A stretch of DNA of 64,000 nt from Rhina ancylostomus (Eukaryota): positions 18,529,223 through 18,593,222 of the forward strand of contig JARFYF010000058.1 in the NCBI GenBank assembly GCA_030265395.1, given 5' to 3'. The translations under genes were made by a program, and so were the position numbers. Shown here piece after piece: positions 37,141 through 51,878 of this stretch. The notes beneath the pieces were generated by a model that saw nothing but the letters and a program-made list of their open reading frames with translations, was not told the DNA's origin and made no database searches. Numbering within the stretch: position 1 is the first letter of the stretch; each line of letters opens with the position of its first letter.

Positions 37141-37402
37141 CTTTCATCATTATTGGGTCTAAGTCACGGAACACCCTATAAAACAGCACTGTGTAAGTAC
37201 CTTTAATAGATCAGCTGCAGCAGTTCAAGAAGGTAACTCATAAGAACCTTCTCAATGGTAGGAATCAAAACTTGATAGTTGGCATGGACATAGTAGACTG
37301 AAGGGCCTGCTTCTGTGCTGTACGAATTTTTGACTTAATGAGGGGTGGACAATAAATGTTAGCCTTACTAGCAATAACTACGTCCAGTAAATAAATAAAA
37401 TA
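37141..37402 (+). mobile_element. LINE 3' end with a short CR1 tail (~37262-37335) inserted
   Basis: ctgcagcagttcaagaaggtaactc..ccttctcaa [ggcatggacatagtagactgaagggcctgcttctgtgctgtac] ggacaataaatgttagcctt..aaataaataaaa. Confidence 0.6.
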
Positions 37403-40400
37403 AATATATGTTAACATAGAAAATGAGCAATACTTATATTCTGAGTGTTATTGCAGGAAGAGTCTTCACAATTTGATTCCATTGCAATTTCACTACAAAT
37501 TGTAAACAATCCTGCAAGAACTGTGTAATTGCTAATTATAAAGATCTGATTACTTCATCCCAGGTTTTTATATCCATGTAATATCTTTGATACCCATAGA
37601 TTTACTTAATTAAACTCTATCAGTAATTATAATGGGACAATAGTTGAAATGATTTTTCTTAAAGATGGATTGCTATAGAATGTTCTGTGGCATTATGTGT
37701 TGATGTGGCAACATTCTGCTTTGTAGCATCATAGGACCCAGGCTTTTTCTGATCCCAGGTGAAAGTGACTGACTTATCTCTCCAGTACAGTGATGCAGAG
37801 GCACTAAACAAAGGTAGGGCAATGCTACACTGTGTGGGAAACATAGAATATTGGCCTGTCAAATAGAGCTATTTTCCAAAGAGTCCAGAGAAGCTGAAAG
37901 AATGTTTTCTCTTGCTTTATGGGAACAGTATGGTATTAATAGGAAGTGGGGAAGAAAAGACCATGAGGATTAATGCTTGTCAAAAAGGACATATCCAATA
38001 TTTTATTCCAGTGACAAAAATGACTTGAGATTTACATCATATGACATACTTGTGTGATTAACCTTATATACTCAGTAATTCCAAAGAGTAGTAGGCTTTA
38101 ATGCATATTGTATAACAACATAAGCAGCATGCATATCTTCTATATTTCAGCAGCTCTCATGTGTTGCCCTTCCTCTTTGTACTGCCTAAACCAGATCAAG
38201 TTTCCTTCCATTCAGTCGATCAGTACCACCCTCCTCCTGCCCCATCGAAAGAACAAGTGGGACTTTTTATTTTTGCAAAACTTTTTTTTTAACCACCCCT
38301 GATTGTTATCCTTGGTTTCTGTCCAAGCAATCAATTCTTTATGCAAGGGTGCTTGTACTTATGCTGCTATACAAGATGTTAAATAAAACTGACTGGAAGT
38401 GAGAGGGATTAATTTACAGATACAGTGGTTTATTTTACCACCTCTCTCATTATGTTCNNNNNNNNNNTGAAGCAGGCAGCATGAGATCACTTTTTATTTC
38501 CTTAAATTTGTTTTACAGTTCCTTACAGAGTCTCCAGGTTAGTGTATGGAGTGACTTGTTAATATAGTAAGTTGAGACAGCACATTAGTTCCATAAAAAT
38601 AAAGGATATTCATTTGACTGTCTTTGATTAATGCCTTATATTTTGTAATTTTAACAATTGTTACATTAAAATGTTTAACCAATAGTCAGCATGGACAAAT
38701 CTTCATTTCATTCTGTGTTTGAATTAACACCTCAAGGTAATTAATGCGGCCTTGTCGCTGGTTCATTTAGTGCACACAGGACTTTAATGAATGTACTGAG
38801 ATTAAAAACAATGCTATTCCAACTCTTCAAATTTCAAAATATCAAGTTCTTTCAAAATTAAATAAAATTCTACTTTTTTCTTTTCATTTTAAAGGAACAA
38901 TGATTGAGATTCTTTCAGAGGGACATCTAATGCTACACTCTGTGGTAAATATCTCAGTGGACACTTGGACCCAGAAGTTTTCTGACTGCCTAAGGCAACA
39001 CTGTCACCTGAGATACCCATGCTTGTTCAAAAGGTTATTACCTGGTAGTTACACAGAAATGGGAAGTTGCTGATGGATCAATAATGGTCTACATCCAAAC
39101 AATCAATTTCTCAATTTACAAATTCAAGTGAGGATTATTCCAGTCAATACATACTGAAGTGCATAAATTTGAAGTGGAGCCAATTAAACTCTCCTTCATA
39201 ATACAAAAAGTGCACTGAAGCAAACATAAGACTACAGTTTAATGAAATCTTATTGTATTTTATGCATGCACTGTAGAGTGAAGAATGTGCCTATTCAGAC
39301 TGCATGGGATGTTAATTCTGATTTCCTGACTGTAACCACACTTAGTTTGGTAGATTGAACATAAAATGATCCCACAGATATGTTTGCAACCACAAACATT
39401 GCACATTGTTAGATAGCCTGCATTTAAAAATCACAATTATATTGCTTTGCGGGAACCAAGAACTGTAATTTTAATTCAATCCATCGAATAAACTTTTTAA
39501 AGTTTCAACATGCATGTGCTTCTAATTTTATCAACATTCTACAAACATCCAAACTCACAATGGGGCTTTGTAACTCCAGAGTAAATCCAGACCGGAGTAA
39601 ATGCTACTGGAGTCTACAGGCTCTGCCCCAGAGAAAAACAGACTGTTCCTGTAATTGTTTCGGCTCTGGAGTGAATTTCGAATTGTGCAAATGGGGATTC
39701 TGGAGTGATTCCCAAACAGCCTCATTTTTTGAGTGGATGCCTCAAACAGGCAAAAGGGATGCCAATGTAATAATATTACTACAATTGAATCTCTGTTGAT
39801 TATCTGTAACTGTACTTTGAAACTGCAAAATAAAACTGCCTGGCTCTGGTCTGCTGCAGAGTAAAACTATGTGGCCTTAAAGTAGGTGATCTGAGCTTTG
39901 AATTAAAAATATGAGCTCAGGGCAATTCCCTGTGATCTTATTTTTTTTCTCTAGGACTACACATAGTATAATTGAAGAAAGTAATGATTACCATCCACTG
40001 ATGGATGGATTAATTCATGTTGTCTGAGGTTTCCCACAATCAAGTCATCTCTGTATCTTCAACCAGACTCACGTATGAAGAATACTTAATATAAAGAGCT
40101 AAGGATGGCCACTGGTACACAGGGCACTATATTCGATTGAGACAGATGGTTTGGGAGTGGAAACTGCAGAGCATTAGAATGGCAGATATGCATTGCAAAA
40201 TACAATCCAGTGGCTGTGTGTTCACATCCAACCACAGAATGCGATCAATAAATTTGTGGAGTGGCATTGGAGGAAAGTGACCTGGAATGTACTGTAACGA
40301 TTCACTCATGTGCTTCAGTGAAAGGATATATCTTGACAGGTTCACACATGATTCCAGGTCCATACTAAGAGGTTGAGTCTTAGGGCTGGCTAAAAAGGCT

Positions 40401-41454
40401 CAGTTGCAAAAAAATGTGACAGATCTGCTGGCAACTTTTCAGAGCAAGTGGTCAATCACACATCCTAACCTGCACATTACAAGAAAGTCTAGGGGACTTT
40501 AAACAAAAATGAAGCTATTTACGANNNNNNNNNNATTTATGAAGGACTTCTCTAGTTACAATGGATGAATACACATTGTAATAAAAGAAGTATGATATTT
40601 TTGTTGCTTCTGATCAATGTCCTTCAAATTCTTCTTTCTTTACATAGATTCTGAATATCATTAAAAATCTGGTCTCTTAAGTTTTTACATAACACTATCA
40701 AATGGAATCTACTGATCCTCTTTACCAAAAAATATCTGCAGGAGAAAAATGTAATAATATTTTTCTGCATAAAGCATGATACATAAAGCATGTACACACA
40801 AGGTACATTTTCATCAATTCATATTTGTATCTCTTCATGAAAAGCAATCATAAATCAGCATAATAAATGCACTGTAATAGCACTGCACAGATTTAGATTG
40901 TTTCAACTCCTTTTCAGTGGTGCCCTAGAAGCCTTGAGCTTTCTTGATGTATAGATCAATACATTTCAAAAAAAACCACAGCCTGTCAGCTTTCACTTGC
41001 CTGCAGATAAAATTACAGAAGCTACATAACACATTCCTTGTTTCTTGGTTGCTAGACACAGCATGTAAATACTATAGAGGAAGGTGTAATGTTTTTTCTG
41101 GCAAGCCATTTTGGCTCCTGTGACAACATTAGTTATTCCATGCTTCCATTCGCTTTATATTAAATGTCATCCCAAAGAAAACTGCATAGCTTTGACTTAG
41201 ATTAATACTTGTGGTTCATGCAGTTTGCCAAGATAATTCCCTTCCTTTACATGTGCTTGGCAATGAGAACATATTTATGTTTTGCTAAAGCTTTTGGTTT
41301 CAGCATAAATGTTCACTTACCAAGACAATGAAAATAAAGATGTGCTATATTTCATTGAATTAGAGATAGAGGAGCTTTGTCCTGCTTTTGAAAGAAGAAA
41401 CTGCAAGTTATGCTGGAATTGAGTAACTGTGACTGCTCGATTAATGATTTCAGC

Positions 41455-41565
41455 ACTCATGCACTTAGATATACATTTACACATGACTATACTCACACAT
41501 GCACACACGCACACATGTACAAATGTGCACATGCACCTGAACAAACATGCATATATTCACATGTG

Positions 41566-41608
<43 letters not shown>

Positions 41609-41660
41609 TCACATACATACTAGTTTACACATGCATATAGATAATTAAATATACACATAC
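41455..41660. repeat. CA-rich low-complexity tract with a perfect (AC)17 at 41569-41602
   Basis: Seen directly. Confidence 0.95.
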
Positions 41661-41810
41661 ATTTCTGGGAGTTTCTTGATGTATTTATAATTGTGAACAA
41701 ATCTGAGTTTCAGTGTTTAGATGCAACATCTCCAATCATTGCAGTAATTATTCTTTAGCTTCCCAACCATTTTTACTGAAGACTAATCATGCAGGCAAAT
41801 TAACATGGCT

Positions 41811-42026
41811 GAACGCAAAATAGTGCAGATACTGGAAATCTGAAATAAAAAAATCTGGAAATACTCAACGGGTCAGGCATTATCTATTAAAAGCGAAACA
41901 GCGTTAATGTTTCAAGCACATGACTTTTCCTTAGAACTCAATCTGAAGCAACCTGCCATATCAATGCTGGTTCTCTCTTCATAGATGCCGTCTGACCTGC
42001 TGAGTATTTCTAACAGTATCTGACTT
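41811..42026. mobile_element. Degenerate palindromic pair of the Penelope-derived element
   Basis: tgcagatactggaaatctgaaataaaa..aatactcaacgggtcaggca on the left; agatgccgtctgacctgctgagtatttc on the right. Confidence 0.7.
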
Positions 42027-44059
42027 TAAATTAATGTAGTTGCTCTGTTCATTTGACTTTGAATGCTATCTCAGCTAGTCATCGTGAGATGGGATTTATC
42101 TTTGCATAGTTCATATAGTGGAATGAAACTTGTCCCCCTCATTTCAGCCTCTGTAATTTTATTATCAAGGAACAACACAGGAAGACATACCCATCTCATT
42201 GATTCATTCAAATTGCCATTTGTTCAATGGAAGCCATATTTATTTGCCACCCGTCTATATTCTGGCAAAAACCTAAAACAATTGGAAAATGCAAAATCCA
42301 CCTAAAAAGATCAGATTTAGTAAACCAGCACTATTATTAAAGGAAAGCAGTGAATCCAAGCATCTTTCCCTTTTTCTAATTGATTGCTCATGTTTGTCAA
42401 AACAGAAAAGGGGGAGAAGCAACTACAAGAGATAGTAAATTGAATATTACAATATTTGCAATATTTGCATATTATAAACAACCAAATACCTATGCATCTC
42501 ATGGGACTGAATAGACAAATATGGGAGTGCAAGATAAAACTTCATATGGATTTCAACAGCAAGTGTTCACTTCTTGTTCTGTTGCATAAAGGGTTAAACT
42601 ACCTAATGTGTGAGGTGCAAAGGAAATATATTAATTTTCTTTTCTGAAACAGAAATCTAGGTAAATGACCAAGAACTTTTGTGAAGTCATAGCAGAGCAT
42701 AAAAAGCATAAAACTTGAGTAAATATAGAATTAGCGGGTAAATGATANNNNNNNNNNNNNNNNNNNNNNNNNNNNNNNNNNNNNNNNNNNNNNNNNNNNN
42801 NNNNNNNNNNNNNNNNNNNNNNNNNNNNNNNNNNNNNNNNNNNNNNNGATAACCAAAATCTAGAGGTAAAAGCTTGTAGACTACAGGTGAGAAGGAAAAG
42901 TAAGGAGTTTAATCATTTATAAATTGTTTCAACCAGTACCTATGGTAGTTTTTAATATAGTGTGAAAGTGAAACTAACTGCAGCAATCCATACTTCAAAT
43001 AACATGTTCCCTAGATTACTACAGCAACTTGAAAGTACTTTATTCGCTCTGATGCACTTTGAGTCAACTCAAGATTGTGAAAGTTATTACCTAAATGCAA
43101 GGTTTATTTTGTATTTTTCCAAGAAAACACAGGCAAAGGACATTAAGCCACTCATTGGTGTTTGTTGGGATTGGGTTCATGTAGTGTGATTCTCATGAAG
43201 AAAGCCTTGGAATATTAATACAGGCATTCCAATAATATATATTTCTATAATACATTATCCTGCAACATCTGCAGCCTTGAGAGTGATGATGCAACTCAGC
43301 TTCATGTTGAAAGAGATATGCAAACACTGGCAAGTCAAGTATGTTTATAATATAAGTTATATTTTCCCATGTAACAAATTACAAGAGAATGAATCCTTGT
43401 TCTGTATGTCTGAATAGTGACCAAAGAGGATTGGAAATTTACTTGAATGTAGGCACAGGCCATCCTTTAATAATATGGGTAGGATTTGCAGTCTTGTTTT
43501 ATCTGAGAAATTGCCGCTTGCAAAATGTCAATTTATTTAATAGATATTTGCAATTTTCAGGTCTAATATTGGCTATTTGCTGATTTGTTATGTTTGTAAT
43601 CACAGGAGAAAGCGTTGATCATCTTTAATATTATCCTTAACGAAACCTATTTGTGCCTTTCTTCCAGACTGACATGATAAGGTACACATAAATCAAGAAA
43701 ATGATTAAAACACAACACAGTGAGGTACACCGTATTGACTATTTAAGTATGAATTTCCATTAGAGCTGTAACAGTTAAGTTCTGAGTTTGGGTGCCCACG
43801 TTTAACGCTACTGACTGAGGCTGAAATTCTAGGCAATGTTCCCTTTCCAAATGCGTGATAACAGGGTGCTTACTTGCAAAGATAAAGGGACAGTTTCAAT
43901 GACCAATCCCAGACATGCCTTCAGTAGTTGCAGGATAACATGGGGTGGAGGGGTGGGGATTGGGTGGGTGGAATCTGTAAAAGATAATTTTCTTTCATCT
44001 TGACTGGAGATATATTCACCATAGGAGAAAATTACAAAGCGAAAGATATTGTACAAATG

Positions 44060-44290
44060 ACAGAGCGGACCGTGTGTGGTCATAAGCCCCCCTGGGTCTG
44101 TCTTACTATTCAGTGAGATTATGGATGATCCTGTACTTCATATCCATTTTCCTGACTGGTTTCCATATCCACAAAAATCTAATGATCACAGCATTAGATG
44201 TATTCATCAACTGAGCATGCACAATCCTCTGAAATAGAGAACTCCTTATTATCACAATGGTTTGAGTGTAGAATTATATTGTTCACTCAA
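44060..44290 (-). mobile_element. Old CR1 3' tail
   Basis: cataagccccctgggtctg..ctattcagtgagattatggatgatc..ttccatatcc, similar in layout to 35480-35600. Confidence 0.45.
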
Positions 44291-44559
44291 TATTATATGA
44301 TCAGGCTTATATGGCTTAATTTAAACTAAAAATTAAATCTACATTTTTTTATTGTAACGATTCAAGATTTTGAATTTTTTGTGCAATTAGTAGTTTAACT
44401 ATCAAACTAATGCAGAACATGTACCTGACAAACTACTTGTGAGAAATACATGTTTTAAAAATAGTAGATTAAGTTGTTAGATTGGACAATGTTGCTGATG
44501 GAAGATACTCATTAGTTTGTTTGTCATAAGATTCATTAAGATTATAGTTGATCTTTTGT

Positions 44560-45860
44560 CTCAATTTCCTTTTCTTGTACTCTACCCATATCCCTTGAAT
44601 CCTTTAAATATCCCAAAAATCAATCAGTATTTCGAATTAACTCAATGACTGAGCCTCCACAGTCCTTTGGGATAGAGAATTCCAATAATTTGCCACCCAA
44701 TAATTGAAGGAATTCTCATTTATATGGCTTATAAGATAAGATAAGATATCTTTATTAATTACATGTACATTGAAACACACAGGGAAATACATCTTTGCGT
44801 AGTGTGTTCTGGGGGCAGCCCACAAGTGTCGCCACGCTTTCGGCGNNNNNNNNNNNNNNNNNNNNNNNNNNNNNNNNNNNNNNNNNNNNNNNNNNNNNNN
44901 NNNNNNNNNNNNNNNNNNNNNNNNNNNNNNNNNNNNNNNNNNNNNCCACACTTCCGGCACCAACATTAGCATGCCCACAACTTCCTAATTTGTACATCTT
45001 TGGAATGTGGGAGGAAACCAGACCACCCGGAGGAAACCCACACAGACATGGGGAGAATGTACAAACTCCTGACAGACACGGACCGGAATGGAACCTGGGT
45101 CGCTGGCGCTGTAATAGCGTTGCACTAACTGTGACACTACCGTTTCTGCCTTGTGTATAATTCTGAGATTGTGACACCTGGTTCTAGACTCCTCAGGCAG
45201 GGGAAACAACCTCTCTGCATCCAGTCTTTCAAGCCATCTAAGAATCTTGTGAGTTTCAATGACATCTCTCATTTTTATACTCTGGAGAATGCAGACCAAG
45301 TCTACTCAATGACTCCCTAAATGGTATATCTGCCATTCCTGAAACCATTCAGGAGAATCTTCACTGAAAACCCTCAAGGACAATGTATCCTTTTTTAGCT
45401 GTACTCTGTACTCCAATTGTGATCTTACCAAAGCCCTATAACAGTCATAAGACAATTCAAATCCTCTTGTAATAAAGGCCAACATACTATGTATCTTCCA
45501 AGTCATTTGCTGCTCCTACATGCTTTTGGTGACTTGTGTATCAGGACAACTACACCTTTTTGAACATTAATGTTACCCTTTTGCTCCCATTTAAAAGTAC
45601 TTTGCTTTACTGTTATGTGCACCAAAGTGTATACACATTTTTCTATATTATATTGTATCTGCATCTTCTTGTGCATTCACTGAACTTGTCTGTATCCATT
45701 TGAAGCCCCTGTACATCTACCTCCCTGCTCTCAACTGTACCTATCGTTAATAAGTTTGGAAATATGAGATTTACTCCCTTCAAACAAGTTATTGATACAG
45801 ATCATAAATAGCTTGGTTCCAAGCACTGATCCCTGCAGTACCCTAACAACCACAACTTGT
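44560..45860 (-). mobile_element. CR1 LINE fragment interrupted by a SINE
   Basis: Translations HSMLAFITRGFE..YRALVRSQLEYRVQ, RDVIETHKILRWLERLDAERLFPLPEESRTRCHNLRI and VANYWNSLSQRTVEAQSL. GSVL remnant (agcactgatccctg) at ~45822-45836. Confidence 0.85.
44730..45150 (-). mobile_element. tRNA-derived V-domain SINE (HE1-like) with (TTATC)n tail; spans an N-gap
   Basis: Minus strand reads: tRNA-like head (cggtagtgtcacagttagtgcaacgctattacagcgccagcgacccaggttccattcc), V-core tctccccatgtctgtgtgggtttcctccgggtggtctggtttcctcccaca, and tail aataaagatatcttatcttatcttat. tataa flanks both ends. Confidence 0.85.
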
Positions 45861-48800
45861 CACCTAATGAAGATCTGTTGTCCTGAAGACATTTGCAGAG
45901 GTACTGTTTTGTAATTGATGCAGACATTTTCCCTTCTGCTATGCTTAAACAATATGCATTGATTATTAACTGTGAAGCATATTGCAACCAAGTTAGCTTC
46001 ATTTCTCATCCAAATAACTACATATGCAGAGAGTCACAAGATATCATTCAGTAATTAAATTGGTTGATGTTTATAGTCTTCATGCTGAACCAAAGTCATT
46101 GCTGTCAATTGTAGCATTGTAAGAACACTTGGATTAAACCCCAATGAGAATATTTATGATGGGCATTGGGCGAATCCTTAAAGTTTCACCATAATTCTTC
46201 ATCAAAGTGTCACATGAGATTTGCCACCCAATTTATGACTTGAATGATGCTTAAACTTGTTCCCTCTCTTGCATTAAGCAGTTAGATTATGAATAAATTA
46301 GCATTTTCTTGCCTGTTATCTGAGAAGTGAGATATCAAAGCCACAAACCAACAAATATTCACTAGCCTAAAAATCATGATTGATAACACTTAAACCTAAG
46401 CATCTAGCTTGTAAATAAATGAGTTCATTCATGAAATGAATAAGAGCTTAGGATACCACTTCATCTGTATCATGGTGACTCAATATTATTTTTGCTGATT
46501 ACGGTTGAGATTGTTACATGAGATTGATATAAATAAGTGAAATTAAAATATATTAGAGAGTCAGTATTGAATAGGTTAGAGTCCATCTGATCACAGTAAT
46601 ATTTTTTGAACTTATATGATCTTGTCCCAGTGTGGATGTAGTCTTGTAGCACATCCTTCTAAGGTGATGGTATTAGATATGAGAGATGTCAGCATGATGA
46701 ATCTCCCTCTGCAGAACTGCTGTTCATTCATCTTCGATCAGCTTCTCCTGGGAAAATTAGCTGCTGTATCTGAACTGGCTGTTTTAAATCTAACCTCCAT
46801 TGATTCTACAGAAAATTGCACCTCTAAATAATACTTTTTTCCTCTGCCAGAATGGTAATGGCCACACAGTTGTAACTAGCATAATCTCTAGCTTCCTTTC
46901 TGTTAAAGCTGAACTTTCAATTTTCCAGAGATTTATTTTTACGTAGTCTTGATATTGAATTTCTACCCCTTGCACTTTGACTAAATGAACTGGAACAGGA
47001 TAAAGGATAAAGCACTGAAAAGTAAAACTGGCATTTAGGTATGACTTTAGAGTCAAAAACTAATGTCTCATATCTCTCATCTCCAAACAGACCATTCTAG
47101 TTATGTTGACTAATCTGAGTGATAATTGTTGGCAAAGCTCAGGATTTTGGCATCAATTTTCTCACACATTGCCCTGCTAAAGCAGTAAAATACTTCTTTA
47201 ATTTTCCAGCTTCTCAAGTCTTCGTGCAGAGGCCCATGTTAGACAGATTGAAACTTGATCATATAATGTTCTTCACAACATTGCTTTTTCTCCCACAATA
47301 TTGCTGCTTTTTTTCCCCTGAGAGAGAGAAACACAATAAAAATATTTTCTTGGTTGTTTTATGTCACACTAGAAATTTGATTGGGCATTTCTGGGCATGA
47401 CTCACACTTGTTTGTGGTTTTCATATCAGCCTTGCCAATGGGGCATTGCAAGGTTAAGCAGTCCCAGGAATGACCACTGAGGGAGACCACTGAGGGACTT
47501 AGGTCCTCATGCCTCGGTGCTGGATTGTGACCCGAGTACCTTCAGTCCCATCCTTACCTGTACCCCCATCATTAGTAGTGGTCCTGAACCCCAGAAGGCC
47601 AGACTCTTAGCCCTCCCAGTTTTGCTCTCGACTTCATAATGCACAGGTCCTGACACTCCAATACTAATCTAAATTTCCAAATCCCACTCCCCAGAGATCC
47701 ATGTGTCAGTGTCCCTCCCCGAACACAGTTTCATTCCTGAACTCTGTCCTAAGGCTCAGGTTCCTAACTCTTAGTCTGACAAGTTGAGGATCAGCCCCAC
47801 ATTGGAGGCACCATTTCCTCCCTCCCCCAATGTTATTTGCAGAACCCTACCACTGGCATGATCTTTCCTGCTAAGCTCCCTCTCACATGCTGGCCCTGAT
47901 CCATCCTGCAGAACTCTACACCCCAGCCACTTGCTTGCCTATTGAATCCCAAGGCCTGTCCTTGACCTATGCCATCAGCTCTCTCTTCTGCTCCCCGACA
48001 ACCACCTCTCTTCCTCCAATGGACCTTGATTCTGTGTGGTGCTTTTGGATGCACTGGATTTTCCAGGCTTTTTTATTGCCATCAGTTAAAAGCCTTATCT
48101 ATCCTTGACAAGGATTGCTTTATTTCTGAATGTAATAAAGATTTAACTAGCATTATCACTTTCCTCTCCTGACATTCATTCTGATTACTTGATGGGTGAG
48201 TCCATTTTGTAGCAATTGCATTCTGGGGACATATCTCAGCAATAATTGGGGCATTTCTCCAATAGGAAGTCAATCAGTTCCCTGGTAGACATTTGCTACC
48301 CAATATAGTGAGGAGTTCACCATATAAACATAATACATACAATGGCAAAGCTATCAACTTGGTTACAGGAAGCTTTATTTATTTTTCCTGTTAATTCATA
48401 TTGTTGTCTTCTAGAAATTGGAAAACTTCCCACAACTAACTATATTTGGTCATATTTTAAAAATGATTTAATTCAATTCACTCCTGTTTTACTCTTAACT
48501 TTTTAACTCTTAATTATAACTCCCTAAGCATGTTTATACCAGATAGGGTAGGGTACAATGTTGATTTAGATTCAGGTTCTTTTATTCAAACTTGTGAGCT
48601 TCTAAAAATGAGTGATCTGACTGTAAGTTGTTTGCTTCAAAAGGGACAACTGTGAAGAATTCTGAGATTTCTTCACAGAAATTCTGAGATTGCATTCTGA
48701 GGTTGCAAAATGGTATTTTGAAAAATGACAAGCACAACCAGCAAGTACCACGAAGTGTAACTGCACTTGTAAGTAACTGCATGCCTGATCAAACAATACT

Positions 48801-49839
48801 GAAGAAAAATATTGCAACCCAGTGGTCATATGGAAAGTAACAAAATGGACAGATTCACTTTAAATACATCTGTAAAATGTAGGGGCTAAGTTGAAGACAG
48901 AGCAATAAATTTCAAATTTTGTTCAGACTTGCTGTTTATGTGATTTGCAAATTATGTCTATAATTTCTTTAATACTAGTTATGCAGTAAAGATTCAATGG
49001 TTCTGCATACCATATAGAATAACATTAATTCAGCTTTGAAAGCTGACAATATCTTTGCAGAAATTCCAATGGATACTTGTTCAAACTAATTCATCTTATT
49101 TCCAAGTATCAATGGCCTTTGGTAGTCTTAAATGGATGTTTTGGTAGGCAAGAATCGTCCTTAGAAGACTACATATTTGATTTCCAGCCTGTACGAACCT
49201 TCAAAGTGTTCTGTTCTCCTTGAAAAAGTCACAATATTTCCAGCAAAAAGATAGCTGATAAGGCCAGTCTCATTTTACAGTGATTTCTGTGTATGACACA
49301 GTAATATTGGAAAAATCAGTAAGGTGGATCTTGTCTTTAATGAGTGGATTAAGTTTGCAGGTATGGAGTCAGCTGCCAGGTTTGCAGCTTTAGTGCCTTT
49401 TTCCCTTTTGAACTCAAATTGGAAAAGGTATGAAACAATATGTCTAACCTTTATCGCACACTGTTCTTTGCTGTTGTCTCAAATTGTGTTTCTCTTCCAG
49501 TAGTAGAAAGAAATAAGAATTAGAAAATATGGTCATAGAATGAATTCTTTTTCTTGTGTCTGTCCACCAAAATTGTATATCTTTCCAATGACAGATACAA
49601 AGTAATTCTCACAAATTGCTCTCAGCAAGATCCCAAACCAAGCAAGGGCCTATCATTGAGCAGGACAAAAGACAATTGCATGGTTTGCTCTTTGCTCCAG
49701 TCACAGTTCTCAGCTTTTGTGCAGAACCCGTTTCACCATTCCAATTTTAACCAACCAACTTGGTTACAAAAATGGTTTAGGGCCAGTCAGGTCCTCCATT
49801 TCTCCTCTGTCCTCACAGAAATCTGCTCAGTTAGCCTAA

Positions 49840-49935
49840 TAGAGTCAAAGAGTCATACAACACAGAAAGAGCCCTTCAGCCTACCACGTCCATGCTGACC
49901 ATCAAGTACCTGTCCATACTAGTCCCATTTCCCAT
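49840..49935 (-). mobile_element. Isolated CR1 3' tail
   Basis: agagtcaaagagtcatacaacacagaaagagcccttcagcc..gctgaccatcaagtacctgtccatactagtcccatttccc. Confidence 0.65.
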
Positions 49936-51832
49936 CATAACGGCCATGCTATTTCCTCATGAGTGACAACACAGATAGCCAGCATTATGACAACATTATT
50001 AAAAAACCCTTGGTGTACCAGCTTCTCTTGCGTTGTGTATATTGTCACTATTATTAATACAGCTATGATAATGTTGTTAAAGGAAATAACATATTGCTGA
50101 TGTAGGAACTAAACAAGGATTGATCTGGGTGTACATGGGCATGAGTGCCTCATCCACTACAGTTTCTGCAGTTCACCCACTGATGCTCAGCCATTTGATA
50201 TTATGTATGTACAAATTCACATTTGTACATTATCTTTGTTTTGGTACCAGATTGAGGTAACTGTACCATCAAGGAGGATGTCAGTAATCAACTGCTGGCA
50301 GTTATAGGTGTATGCACATGGTTTTAAAGCAGAAGGGTCAAGACAGACAAGTGAAATATATACCAACAGATCAATCAACATTTCACTTGGAAATTAAACC
50401 TACCTAATCCACAGGCTTCAGGGCAAGCTCCTTTGAAAAGCATTTATAAATCAGCTCTGATACTGACACATAATAGAGGGACTAAATACAATAACCAGCT
50501 TTTTAGCTGATGTATAGCAAAAACCATTAAGCACATAGACAGTAGCACTTTCATTTACTTCCTTGTCTATAGTTTTAGTCAGGAGAGCTTTTTTGTTCTA
50601 TGCTGTGTTACAGAAGAACTTCGCATCCCTGGGTATTTGAATGGATGTTATATGATTTTGTTATTTATTTACTCTATTGTGCCTTCATCCACAATACCCA
50701 CAATAAAATGAAGTAAGTGATGTTCAAGGAGTTGCTTTGCATAGGCATATCAGTGATTCATTCTTCCTGAACTACATGTTAAAGGCTTGGCTGCTCAGAG
50801 ATGAAAGTGTTGATTGCTTGGGAGAAGAACTCCACTGCACTCATATTTCATGGTTTGACAGTAGCCCTCATCCAGCAGACCTATTGAATCCTCAGTAATG
50901 CTGCAAATACCTGGAGAAGATGAGTGGTTTCCTGTGAAAAGACGAAAAAGGGAGTGACTTGTACAATAGTGGTTTGTAGTATGCCATGTATCTTTGTTCT
51001 GCAATAGAGAGAACACATAAATCTACCACTGGAGGAGGCATTGAGTAAGACAGGGGGAGGTCAGTAATGCCACAGAATATGGTGAAGAAATAGCAGGGGT
51101 TCAAAAATGTCCTATAATCAAAACTCTTCGGCTAAGATTCTATTGGGAGAATTTTGACTGAACAGGTTTAATGCCCCAAACCTCCAACAGTCTATCAATC
51201 CCATAATCAGCAGTTGCTTCACAAACACCGAAATCAAAATTCATGTCACATAACCATTACAAGATCATATACCTGAACAGCATCATTCACCATATGCAAA
51301 GGTTTGAGATAGCATTGTGGTTTTAAAAGCTTGTCAATTTTAAAAACTTTAAAAAATATATCAACACATGCTGGGTGCAGAAGTTTTTCCATTCTGAAAC
51401 TCACACTCTTTTCCATTCCTGATGCATAACTGGACTGCAGCCTTGCTATCAATCTGCGGGATAGTCAGCTCCAGTCATCACTGGTTCTGCTGAATTCCAC
51501 ATCAATTTTATCTTCCATCTGTCAAATATGAAGGAGGTGGATAAGATTAAATCCTCCATGGTTTTAATGTGTGTTTTCCTTGTGAGAGGTGTTTGCAGGT
51601 ATCTGACTCCTGCAGGTGAACAATTCTCAATGCCTTTCTGAAATGTTGCCAGCAACTCTGGACAAACTCTGGGTTCTTCTGGAATTCCTTCTGTCCTCCA
51701 CTAGCTTCCACAGCCGCAAGCATTGCTTTTTTGCTTTGGCCACAAAATCAAATGAATTTCTCCTTCAGCTGATACAGTTCCTTCAGATCCCAGCAGTAGT
51801 GTCTGCTCTCCCAAATCCCTCTGCAAGATACA

Positions 51833-51878
51833 TAAAAGAGATTTAGTCTATGCTGTAAAAGAGATTTAGTCTATGCTG
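51833..51878. repeat. Perfect tandem duplication, 2 x 23 bp
   Basis: taaaagagatttagtctatgctg occurs twice in succession. Confidence 0.95.

Noticed and set aside
41317-41640. His/Thr- or Cys/Val-rich ORFs (also 54717-55197)
   Set aside because: Translations of CA/TG microsatellite DNA.
43942-43970. G-quadruplex-capable G-runs (also ~14002-14020)
   Set aside because: Common motif with no supporting context.
44826-44962. Apparent direct repeat on both sides of the N-gap (gccacgctttcggcg / ccacacttccggca); likewise cgaat around the 13354 gap
   Set aside because: Probably overlapping contig ends from scaffolding, not a real duplication.
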